Shown: positions 9,253 through 17,175, counted from the stretch's first letter. The stretch: DNA of 32,000 bases from Acaryochloris marina MBIC11017 (GCF_000018105.1 NC_009925.1:3390001-3422000); one strand, 5' to 3'. Program-made: numbers and translations. Notes: generated by a model not told the origin, from the letters alone.

Positions 9253-10476
9253 ATGCAACTCAATATCAATCAATCTGAGTTTCCTTGGTATCAGGGCAAT
9301 AGTCGTCTGATTGATCCCTCGGTACAAGGCAAATGGCTGGCTGCACATATTTTGCAGATGGCTATCATCATGTTTTGGGTCGGCATCAACACTTTGTCCG
9401 AGAATCAAGTGTTTGATCCAGGCTTGCCCATGTATGACCAAGGCTTAGTCCTAATTCCGCATTTGGCCGCTGAAGGCTTTGGTGTCGGTGCTGGTGGAGT
9501 GGTGACTAACCCAGGAGTGTATGTCCAAGTTGCCCTGGTGCATATGGTGGCAAGTGTGGTGCTGTTTTTTGGTGCCTACTACCATGCCCAAATTGGACCT
9601 GCTGATCTGTCCCAAGGTGGACGGGGAAACACGGCCAAATTTTCCTTTGAATGGGATGATCCAAAACGGTTGGGATATATCCTGGGCAACCATTTAATCT
9701 TTATTGGTTTTGCCTCCTTGATCTTTGTCGGCTGGATAAAATATCACGGTCTGTATGACCCCACCCTAGGCGAAGTCTGTGCTGTTACTCCCTCAATGGA
9801 GAACTTTACCAATATCTATAAATATGGGTGGTCAACCCCTGGGTATAATCCGTTTTTTGTTGATAACTTAGGTGATTTGGCAGCAGGTCATTTTCTAGTG
9901 GGCCTACTGGATATTGCCGGTGGTATCTGGCATATTCTGGTTCCCCCATTTAAGTGGGAACAACGCTTGGGGGCTCGACAAGATAATTACAGCGCTGATG
10001 GCTTAATTGGCCTTTCCCTGGGTGGCGTTGCCATTATGGGTTTTATCTCGGCTTATTTCTGTGCGGTCAATACCTTTGTTTATCCAGTGGAGTTCTATGG
10101 CCCCGCTTTAGAGGTGAAGTTCAACCTTACTCCTTACTTTAAGGACACGGCGGATTTTGCTGATGGTGTGTTCAGTTCTCGGGCCTGGTTGGCCAATATC
10201 ACTTACTATTTGGGCTTCTACTGTCTGCAAGGGCATTTATTCCATAGTCTAAAAGCCATGGGTGTGAAGTTTGAAGAGATCCCCAATGCCCTCTCACAAA
10301 CTTTTGTCCAAGAGCCATCGATTATTACAGGGGCGGCTCCAACGACTGATGCTGCTCCAGAGACAAAGGAAGCGCCAGTAGATGAGACAACTCCCATGGA
10401 ATCTACCGAGTCAGTGCCAGCTGCTGAGGCTTCTCAGGCTAACGAATCGGACAGTACAGAATCACCTCAAACTTAA
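9253..10476 (+). CDS. CP43'/IsiA/Pcb-family chlorophyll-binding protein, copy 3, with a 52-aa acidic low-complexity C-terminal tail
   Basis: The track ORF starts at TTG 9241. The ATG at 9253 gives MQLNINQSEFPWYQGN, which aligns with copy 1's MQTYGQPKVNYPWYAGN. Core motifs are GNHLIFIG, GHFLVGLLDIAGGIWHIL and FYCLQGHLFHSLKA. The tail is SIITGAAPTTDAAPETKEAPVDETTPMESTESVPAAEASQANESDSTESPQT. Confidence 0.9.
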   Translation: MQLNINQSEFPWYQGNSRLIDPSVQGKWLAAHILQMAIIMFWVGINTLSENQVFDPGLPMYDQGLVLIPHLAAEGFGVGAGGVVTNPGVYVQVALVHMVASVVLFFGAYYHAQIGPADLSQGGRGNTAKFSFEWDDPKRLGYILGNHLIFIGFASLIFVGWIKYHGLYDPTLGEVCAVTPSMENFTNIYKYGWSTPGYNPFFVDNLGDLAAGHFLVGLLDIAGGIWHILVPPFKWEQRLGARQDNYSADGLIGLSLGGVAIMGFISAYFCAVNTFVYPVEFYGPALEVKFNLTPYFKDTADFADGVFSSRAWLANITYYLGFYCLQGHLFHSLKAMGVKFEEIPNALSQTFVQEPSIITGAAPTTDAAPETKEAPVDETTPMESTESVPAAEASQANESDSTESPQT

Positions 10477-10644
10477 ACAACAAGAGTTGATTTTGTAGCC
10501 TGTGGAGACGAGGTTTTTGAGAAAGGAGTGGTCAAAGTACAAGATGCCTAGATTGGACTGTACTGATTCAAACATCTCGTCTCCACTAGCATTTATTCTT
10601 GTGACTTATCCAAGAGGTGCTTGAAGAAGATGGGGGTGCCTAGA

Positions 10645-11256
10645 TTACACAGGGATGTTTTTGCGCCACCACAGGATGCCATTGAAAATTGCTCCAGCGA
10701 TAAAGAGCATAAAGGCCGGAATATTGTAGAAAGGGATGTGCTGTGCTGCAGTCCCAAAGCCAAATGCCAAGGTAAAAACGAGCCAAATATACCAGAGACC
10801 CAGCGTATATAAAATGCTCAGTCTTTTCGGAACATGGGCTTGATATAGATAATCAAAAATTGTGGGTTTTACCACTTCTGTGACTGAGAACAGCACCATA
10901 ATGATCCAGAGTGGAGCGGTCACTAGCCATGTTGTCCAAGAGCATGTTTCCCCTAGTTGATAGTACAGAACAATTTGGTAGAGATGGATGAGGTGGGATA
11001 TGGTCAAGGCCAGCCACAGATAGCTGCGATTGCTTTTGAGCCATAGCCCCAGTTTATTCGTTGTGGCGGTGAGAGGCTTGGTTACAAACACTAGCAAAAA
11101 TGGAATAGCGGTGGTTAATGAACTCAACCTTAGAGCAGTGAGAATATTGTCGCTGGTGATCTTGGGATAAAGGACCAAACCTGATGCAAGCAGCATAAAT
11201 ACTGTCGCGATAAAGACACCAGTCCAGCCCAAGAATGACTGTTTTTGGGTTCTCAT
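10645..11256 (-). CDS. Integral membrane protein of unknown function (about 6 TM helices; conserved-looking His pair ISHLIHLY)
   Basis: 203-aa ORF with an ATG start. Hydrophobic segments are spaced regularly. It might be a ferric-reductase/MsrQ-like heme-binding membrane domain, but I cannot support that beyond the His spacing. Confidence 0.55.
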   Translation of the reverse strand: MRTQKQSFLGWTGVFIATVFMLLASGLVLYPKITSDNILTALRLSSLTTAIPFLLVFVTKPLTATTNKLGLWLKSNRSYLWLALTISHLIHLYQIVLYYQLGETCSWTTWLVTAPLWIIMVLFSVTEVVKPTIFDYLYQAHVPKRLSILYTLGLWYIWLVFTLAFGFGTAAQHIPFYNIPAFMLFIAGAIFNGILWWRKNIPV

Positions 11257-11530
11257 AGCCTAGACTTTAGATAAAATCGACCGATAGTTTTATTTAAGGG
11301 ATAATTTTGGCTTTTGAAAGCTCTATCGTACCGCTTTTCTCTTGTTATAGCGAAAAATCTGCTGATTAAGGTCTAGTAAATCGGTTGAGAGTATGGGAGA
11401 CCTGTGGTGGGTTGCGATGGTCTCCGACCGGCCTTTGGCCATCGCACAATTGATACCCTCCCTCTCTCGTTGCTATTGTTCTGCAGCAGTAGCAACTTTA
11501 GCTATAAATCATCCACCTCAAATTCGCGCT

Positions 11531-11578
11531 TGATAAAGAATACCCGCAGAGTCTTCCATTCAGTAGGATTCTGCGGGT
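11531..11578 (-). terminator. Rho-independent terminator downstream of plastocyanin
   Basis: acccgcagagtc (11542-11553) pairs with gattctgcgggt (11567-11578), giving a 12-bp stem with one mismatch and a 13-nt loop. On the minus strand it is followed by auucuuuauca. It lies 73 nt after the petE stop. Confidence 0.6.
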
Positions 11579-11650
11579 AAAAGCTTATGAATTGAGAAAG
11601 GAATTTGAAAACGTTGAAATGATTAAAAAATCACTTGTGCTGATGTGGAT

Positions 11651-12052
11651 TTAGCCCTGAACCGTAATGGTACCAGTCATTCCTGCACCTCTATGAGGTT
11701 CACAGTAGTAGGCATAGGTTCCTGGAGCAGCATCAGCAGGGAAAGTCACATCAAATCCACCTGACATGGCAAAGGCTTGGTGAGATAAGCTCGCAACATC
11801 ACCTGCAGAATTACCCGGATCAAACACCACATTATGGGGAGGGACACCCGCCACTTCATAATGTACGGTATCTCCTGGCGCAATCGTCACTTCGGCCGGT
11901 TCAAACACTAGCATGCCCGTAGAAGACCCCATTTGAACGGTAGTCGTTGCAGCCAGAGCCATTGAAGAGCCAGGCCAAAAGCCACCGATGACCAGTAGCA
12001 CTGCCATTACGGTGGTTGTGAGCCCCAACAGTAAGGGTTTAATGTAGCGCAT
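11651..12052 (-). CDS. petE: Plastocyanin precursor
   Basis: Motifs are ..VPPHNVVFD.. and ..YAYYCEPHRGAGMTGTITVQG, which supply the type-1 copper ligands His, Cys, His and Met. I place the start at ATG 12052 (MRYIKPLLLGL...SSMALA signal peptide), preceded by GGAGAAAACCA. The track start at 12097 adds 15 unlikely residues. Confidence 0.9.
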   Translation of the reverse strand: MRYIKPLLLGLTTTVMAVLLVIGGFWPGSSMALAATTTVQMGSSTGMLVFEPAEVTIAPGDTVHYEVAGVPPHNVVFDPGNSAGDVASLSHQAFAMSGGFDVTFPADAAPGTYAYYCEPHRGAGMTGTITVQG

Positions 12053-12122
12053 TGGTTTTCTCCAAAGCTGAAATGAATACGTATGACAGCTTGTCATACT
12101 TAAACAGTAGCATCTCTTTTAC

Positions 12123-12148
12123 TAATTGAGAATCAATCTTAATTATTT
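12123..12148. promoter_or_regulatory. Fur-box-like site upstream of petE
   Basis: The sequence taattgagaatcaatcttaattattt contains the exact ATTGAGAAT core (12125-12133), 70 nt upstream of the petE ATG. Confidence 0.4.
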
Positions 12149-12335
12149 AAATGTCAAAAGTAGAAAAAAGTGGTTCGATCTCTGACTGATTCAGGTGTAA
12201 AGGGTTGGCCTGGGTGCTGCTGAGGCTGTCCGCACTGCCAGAAAAGTCCAACTCGAATTGGCATAGAGAAGACGGGTGAACATTCTCAGTAAAGCCAACA
12301 TTCGCATGTTGGGTAATGTAGCTATCAGCGGGCAT
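12147..12335 (-). CDS. Small hypothetical protein (62 aa); coding status uncertain
   Basis: An ATG-initiated ORF that fills the gap between the 148-aa gene and petE on the same strand. It has no clear SD and no recognisable motif. Confidence 0.3.
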   Translation of the reverse strand: MPADSYITQHANVGFTENVHPSSLCQFELDFSGSADSLSSTQANPLHLNQSEIEPLFSTFDI

Positions 12336-12350
12336 TACTCAAACCAAGGA

Positions 12351-12797
12351 TTAGAGGGACTTCTCAGAATTATCTGAGTATCCAAACAAAGCATAAACAT
12401 CCTGAAAAAATTGCTCTAACTTTTTTCTAGCCAGTAATGTTGGGGGCGATATACCATCAAAGTCCCAATCATCTGTTGTGGAGCGGCATCGCCAATAGGG
12501 TTCGGTATGGGTATAGCCCATGGATTCAATATCAATAATACGAGCATCAGCCGATTTAGGATTCTCTGAAAAGCGAATTTGAGTTAGAACACAATGACTA
12601 TGGCACGTGGGATGCCACCCTGGAAAATGGAAGCAGAGATCAATCGAGTGAGGATCGATCAAGTATCGGAGGGCAGGATCATAGATCCAGGGACTTAGAT
12701 CAGGATGGGCATCCAGAAACTGCTCTTTAAATAGGGACACAATTCGAGAGATCTTACTGAGCATTTCATAGGTCTCAGTATGGTCGGTCGCATTCAC
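12351..12797 (-). CDS. Hypothetical Cys/His-rich protein (148 aa)
   Basis: The GTG start at 12797 is preceded by AGGAG at -12 to -8. A dense potential metal-binding cluster is present: DLCFHFPGWHPTCHSHC. I recognise no family. It is the first gene downstream of the 21-bp palindrome. Confidence 0.6.
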   Translation of the reverse strand: MNATDHTETYEMLSKISRIVSLFKEQFLDAHPDLSPWIYDPALRYLIDPHSIDLCFHFPGWHPTCHSHCVLTQIRFSENPKSADARIIDIESMGYTHTEPYWRCRSTTDDWDFDGISPPTLLARKKLEQFFQDVYALFGYSDNSEKSL

Positions 12798-12827
12798 AGC
12801 TCATCACTCCTGCCAGTAATTTATGAG

Positions 12828-12874
12828 ATTTATTCTCAAGAAATAAAGTCTATCTTTATTTCTTGAGAATAAAT
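12828..12874. promoter_or_regulatory. Perfect 21-bp inverted repeat with a 5-bp spacer; candidate double Fur-type operator in a divergent promoter
   Basis: The left arm is atttattctcaagaaataaag (12828-12848), the spacer is tctat, and the right arm is ctttatttcttgagaataaat (12854-12874). The arms are exact reverse complements and each carries the ATTCTCAA core. The element lies 31 nt upstream of the 12797 start and 200 nt upstream of the aldolase ATG. Confidence 0.6.
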
Positions 12875-12991
12875 GATTCAGTCTAAATTTCATGCAAAAG
12901 TTCCGTTATTTTTAGCGTATTTAGAGATTTTTTGATGGCAAGCCTAGGATAAATACTCTCTCTTGATCCATCTATAGCTGGATGAAATGAC

Positions 12992-13020
12992 TTGACAATC
13001 CCATTTATTATTGACATTAT
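12992..13020 (+). promoter_or_regulatory. Possible sigma70-type promoter for the aldolase gene
   Basis: TTGACA (12992-12997), a 17-nt spacer, then CATTAT (13015-13020). A strong SD (AGGAGG, 13064-13069) precedes the ATG at 13076. Confidence 0.3.
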
Positions 13021-13075
13021 ATATCAATAAGCAAGAGATTTTAATTCCATCTCTGCTCAAATTAGGAGGTTCGAT

Positions 13076-14116
13076 ATGAGTACCTATGCCCAAGAGTTAA
13101 AGGCCACCGCTAAAGCCTTGGTGGCAGCAGGGAAGGGCATCTTGGCAATTGATGAGAGTAATGGCACTTGTAATAAGCGATTCGCTCAGCTCAGCATTCC
13201 TACAACGGAAGAGAATCGCAGAGCTTATCGAGAGTTAATCTTAACAACACCCCAGCTTTCTACTTACATCAGTGGCCCCATCTTGTTTGATGAGACTATT
13301 CGACAGTCCACTAGGAACGGCAAATCCTTTGTACAAGTGATTACTGAAGTGGGTATGCTTCCGGGGATTAAGGTGGACACGGGAGCTAAAGACTTGGCTG
13401 CCCATCGGGATGAAAAGGTAACGGAAGGTCTAGATGGCTTGCGCGAGCGCATTGCTGAGTACTACAGCATGGGCGCTCGGTTTGCGAAATGGCGGGCTGT
13501 GATTACCATTGGAGACGGTATTCCGAGCCAGGCTTGCATCAGTGTGAATGCCCAAGCTTTGGCCCGCTATGCGGCCCTGTGCCAAGAGGGAGGTCTCGTT
13601 CCCATCGTCGAACCCGAAGTTTTAATTGACGGTGACCATACCCTAGAACGGTGCTACCAGGTGACGGATCGCACCCTTCATGCTGTGTTTGGTCAACTCT
13701 ATGCTCAGGGAGTGGCTTTTGACCAAATGATTCTTAAACCCAGCATGGTTGTTGCGGGTAAAGAGTGCCCACAGCAGCCGAGTGTGGATGAGGTTGCTGA
13801 AGCAACCATCAATTGTCTACGCAAAAACGTGCCTGCTCCGGTTGCGGGAGTGGCCTTTTTGTCGGGTGGTCAAAGTGCTGAGCGATCCGCTGCCCACCTG
13901 AATATCATGAACGCTCGCTATGCCGGTATCTGTCCCTGGCCTGTTACCTTTTCCTATGCCCGAGCCATTCAGCAGCCAGCATTGGAGCATTGGCGGGGTG
14001 AGAGCCAGCGGGTATCTGAAGCTCAACAGCGCCTGTTGCATCGCGCCAAATGCAATAGTGCCGCCAGTCTGGGTGAATATAGCCCCGAGGTTGAGCGAGA
14101 ACTAGCCCTCGTCTAA
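13076..14116 (+). CDS. fda: Fructose-bisphosphate aldolase, class I (Schiff-base, metal-independent)
   Basis: 346 aa. The N-terminus GKGILAIDESNGTCNKRF is typical of class I aldolases. Other motifs are ..LPGIKVDTG.., ..IVEPEVLIDGDH.. and ..ILKPSMV.. (the active-site Lys region). Confidence 0.9.
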   Translation: MSTYAQELKATAKALVAAGKGILAIDESNGTCNKRFAQLSIPTTEENRRAYRELILTTPQLSTYISGPILFDETIRQSTRNGKSFVQVITEVGMLPGIKVDTGAKDLAAHRDEKVTEGLDGLRERIAEYYSMGARFAKWRAVITIGDGIPSQACISVNAQALARYAALCQEGGLVPIVEPEVLIDGDHTLERCYQVTDRTLHAVFGQLYAQGVAFDQMILKPSMVVAGKECPQQPSVDEVAEATINCLRKNVPAPVAGVAFLSGGQSAERSAAHLNIMNARYAGICPWPVTFSYARAIQQPALEHWRGESQRVSEAQQRLLHRAKCNSAASLGEYSPEVERELALV

Positions 14117-14166
14117 ATCATTCTCTTCTTACGCAGATCACACTGATCCTTAACACAGTCTACGTT

Positions 14167-14204
14167 CCCTGAGGAGTAACCGCATTTCTCAGGGATTTTC
14201 TTCT
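14167..14204 (+). terminator. Rho-independent terminator after fda
   Basis: ccctgag (14167-14173) pairs with ctcaggg (14188-14194), with a 14-nt loop, followed by attttcttct. Confidence 0.6.
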
Positions 14205-14254
14205 ATCATCACCCGTTAACACTAATCATTGCTGTTTCAGTCTTTATCCGAGGA

Positions 14255-14734
14255 ATGATTATGGCCGACTCTATCAATACTCTATTTGGATTCTTGGGCG
14301 GTACTATCCTGGCGGTGGAAGGCGGCTATAAAGTGTTGCCGCAAACGCCTTCAGAAAGAATCTTTAATCGCCTGTCAGATGCGAAATGGTTTTTGGCGCT
14401 GCGGTGGTGTGAGCAATGGTCAACACCAGCGGGGATTTTGACCAATGTCAGCCAAATTCCCTTCCATAATGAACGGGCTTTAACCCTGGGAGCAGATGTG
14501 TTTATCCCACTAGAATATCGACCCGCTATCTTTAAACTCTGTTTGCCGCTAGCTCCTTTAGAGACGGCTCAGTACAGTATTCCCGTTGAGCATAGTATTG
14601 CCTGTCGCACCCTCGAAATTCAAGGGATTGAGATTGATCCTCGCTATGGCAAGGTTGCGCTAGTCCGAGAATGTAGTGTGAATGGTTTTGCAGTTGCGAT
14701 GGCCGATGGCCGGTCGGAGACCATCGCAGTCTAG
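14255..14734 (+). CDS. Hypothetical protein (159 aa)
   Basis: An ORF with GAGGA just upstream of the tandem ATGs at 14255 and 14261. I recognise no motif. Confidence 0.5.
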   Translation: MIMADSINTLFGFLGGTILAVEGGYKVLPQTPSERIFNRLSDAKWFLALRWCEQWSTPAGILTNVSQIPFHNERALTLGADVFIPLEYRPAIFKLCLPLAPLETAQYSIPVEHSIACRTLEIQGIEIDPRYGKVALVRECSVNGFAVAMADGRSETIAV

Positions 14735-15103
14735 CTATCCCCAACGGTGGCACATCTTCAAAACTTAGATCGTCGCTCACCACAGCTTAGGGCATGGGCC
14801 GGAAAAAGACGGCTTCTGAATATACATCTCATGTGAAGAGTGCGGGCCTTCGGCCATCACAACCGCACTTTGAAGCATTACATCTTCCATCCTGGTAAAG
14901 CATTGACACACTAGATCGTGCTAGTCCCCATAAATTCTGAATGTCGTTTCAGATGATTGCTCCTCTCCCTGGGCAATGGTCCTCAGCGTGAGAGAAGCCA
15001 ACTATTTCTAACCCAGTATGTAACGCAGTGTCTATCTGTGTATCATCAATCGTTTTTAGTTCATTTCTTCTGTGGACGAGAGGCACCCAAACTGGAGGTT
15101 TAT

Positions 15104-15970
15104 ATGCCATCTACCCAATCTGTAAGCGCAACACAATTCCGAGGTGTTCCTGAAACATTGATGATCACCCTCTATGCTCGCGCTATGGAACACCAGCGGG
15201 TTAACCCTATCCTTCGCGATGCCAAAGCAGCAGACATTATTCAACAGCTCGATTACGATTTTTCTAAGTTCGAGCAAGGCTGGTCATCGCAATTAGGCTG
15301 TGTGATTCGAGCAAGACAGATAGATCAGATTGTCCAAAACTTTATCAAAACCCATCCTTATGCTGTGATTGTCAATTTAGGGGCAGGTTTGTGTACACGA
15401 TTCTCACGATTACAAACGGCTCATATCCATTGGTATGACGTTGATTTTCCTGATGTTATTGATCTACGCAAACAGGTATTTGCCGCCTGTGGGGGCCAAG
15501 ACGGAAGCGATCACAATCATTTAGTTGCCAAATCTATCTTGGACTTTACCTGGATGGATGAGATTGACCGTGAGCTAAAGCAACCGATGATGGTGATTTA
15601 TGAAGGGGTGTCTATGTATCTTACAGAAGCGGATAATAAAGCTCTCTTACAGCAGATTCAAGCTAGATTTGGCCCTATTGAAGTGTTATTTGATGTGATT
15701 AGTCAACGAACTGCCAGAAGTACTGCAAAACATGACACGGTTTCAAAGACTAGTGCTGAGTTTAAGTGGGGCATCAATCAGTCCCTAGATCTAGAACATT
15801 GGGGGTTAGGCTTTATCCTCAAGCGGGAGGAGTTTTATCTACAGCATTTTTTGGATGATTTACAGCGATTACCAGCCGTTTGGCGTTTGATCAGTCGAGT
15901 TTTTCCGGCTTTACCCATGATGTTATTCAAAAATTCAGGACGGATTGTGGGACTCCAAGTTGGGCTGTAG
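15104..15970 (+). CDS. Class I SAM-dependent methyltransferase, TcmP / leucine-carboxyl-methyltransferase-like family
   Basis: I start it at ATG 15104, preceded by GGAGG (15094-15098). The track's TTG at 14957 adds an unlikely extension. Motifs are VPETLMITLYARAME, VNLGAGLCTRF (SAM motif) and YEGVSMYL. Confidence 0.8.
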   Translation: MPSTQSVSATQFRGVPETLMITLYARAMEHQRVNPILRDAKAADIIQQLDYDFSKFEQGWSSQLGCVIRARQIDQIVQNFIKTHPYAVIVNLGAGLCTRFSRLQTAHIHWYDVDFPDVIDLRKQVFAACGGQDGSDHNHLVAKSILDFTWMDEIDRELKQPMMVIYEGVSMYLTEADNKALLQQIQARFGPIEVLFDVISQRTARSTAKHDTVSKTSAEFKWGINQSLDLEHWGLGFILKREEFYLQHFLDDLQRLPAVWRLISRVFPALPMMLFKNSGRIVGLQVGL

Positions 15971-16049
15971 TAACTACATTGGACGAGTGGTGACGATGGC
16001 GTTACTTTGGTTTTATTTATGAAGACTCTCATGCTCCCATAACCAAAGT

Positions 16050-17134
16050 TAAGCACCTAGCTAAAATTAATTACATAATCATCGCCGTAGGCTTTCAAAA
16101 CTCTTTCCACATATTCGACCAAAGATGACCACCCCCAGTAGGCACTCATTTCAATCCACTGATATTTCATGAATTGCCACAGACGCTCAATCAAATTTAG
16201 ATGGGGAGAATAGCTTGGCAACTCAAACAAGGTAATTCCCCGTTCGGCCCACTCTGCTTTCATCTCATAGATTGATTGGCTCGTATGGATAGGGGCTTGA
16301 TCCACCACAATGACGGTGGGCAACTCCACGTCAGCAAAAAAGGTATCAATGCAATGACTGACAACCTCACTGGTGATGGTCTGTTCTGATGTATAAGCAT
16401 GTAGCCCTTGTCGTCGACTCAAAAACCCCAGAACATTCAAGCGTTTACTTGAACGAGTCGGTATTTCCAGATACGTCCCTATGGGTTGCCATCCATAGGG
16501 AATACAGGGGACTAACGAAAAACCACTCTCATCCATAAAGAATAGATGGATGTCTCCCTTCTCTTCCTGTTCCTTGAGATGTTCTAACTGCTGTTTTTTT
16601 CGAGGTAGTGGGCATATAAAGGCTGGCCTGATGTCCCTTGGCGAAAGCGATGCCAGCTCATGTCCATCTGCTTCAAGACGCGTTTAACTGTGGCCTTTGA
16701 CACGCGTACTGACCACTGTTGTTCAATCTGAGCTAACACCTGATTGAGTTGGATGGGAGATGCCTGAGTCCACTCATAAATCTGCTGTTGTTGGTCGGGA
16801 TTAAACATCGGTTTTCGACCTCGACCTGGGTGATTATAGAGTCCTGCAAATCCTCGGTTGTTCCAAGCCTTAAGCCAGTTGTAAACCGTTTTAGGACTCA
16901 CACTAAAAAGGGAGGCTAAGGTGTAGGGGGGCCAACCCTGGGCGAACAAAATGAGGCAATGGGCGCGTTGTCTGACCTGATGATGGCGACTACTGTGATA
17001 AATCCGATGCAATAAGCGTAAGCTTTCGGTGGAGATAGGACGGACTAATAACATCAAATCAATGGATGTAAACAGAGGACTCAGGTAGTTTACAACCAGG
17101 AAATTCTATGTAATTAATTTTGTTCATCTGCTTA
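16050..17134 (-). mobile_element. IS630/Tc1-family insertion sequence (~1.08 kb) flanked by TA
   Basis: The terminal inverted repeats are taagcacctagctaaaattaattacata (16050-16077) and the reverse complement of 17107-17134 (taagcagatgaacaaaattaattacata). They match at 22 of 28 positions, including a perfect inner 15-mer. A TA dinucleotide sits at both outer ends, which is the usual IS630 target. The element encloses a two-frame transposase. Confidence 0.75.
16057..17054 (-). CDS. IS630-family transposase, two frames joined by a putative programmed -1 frameshift
   Basis: orfA (17054-16584) holds the HTH domains (..SPKTVYNWLKAWNNRGFAGL..). orfB holds the DDE domain (FFMDESGF...VVDQAPIH...PSYSPHLNLIERLW). 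The minus-strand slippery run CTC GAA AAA AAC is an A7 tract (top-strand T7 at 16594-16600). A -1 slip there reads ..HYLEKKQQLEHLKEQEEKGDIHLFFMDESGF.. and gives a fusion of about 333 aa. Confidence 0.8.
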
Positions 17135-17175
17135 TAAGCTGCTAACCGTTTAAGTAATCGTTCTACGGTAAATAT

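Noticed and set aside
10502-10586. 11-bp inverted repeat gtggagacgag / ctcgtctccac with a 63-nt loop, between the convergent antenna copy 3 and the membrane-protein gene
   Set aside because: With about 100 allowed loop sizes over 32 kb, an 11-bp match is expected roughly once by chance (3.2e6/4^11, about 0.8). The loop is too large for a standard terminator. It may still be a 3' structure, but the sequence alone does not support that.
11395-11496. Overlapping short hairpins (ggagacc/ggtctcc, tgcgatgg/ccatcgca, gttgcta/tagcaac) in the putative leader of the 203-aa membrane-protein gene, suggestive of an attenuator or riboswitch
   Set aside because: The stems are only 7-8 bp, which is common by chance. 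There is no recognisable riboswitch core and no comparative data.
11431-14866. Shared ggcctt(t/c)ggccatc(g/a)ca motif at 11431-11447 and 14846-14862, considered as a possible dispersed repeat
   Set aside because: Only about 17 nt are shared, with mismatches, and there are two copies. That is too short to distinguish from chance without a genome-wide count.
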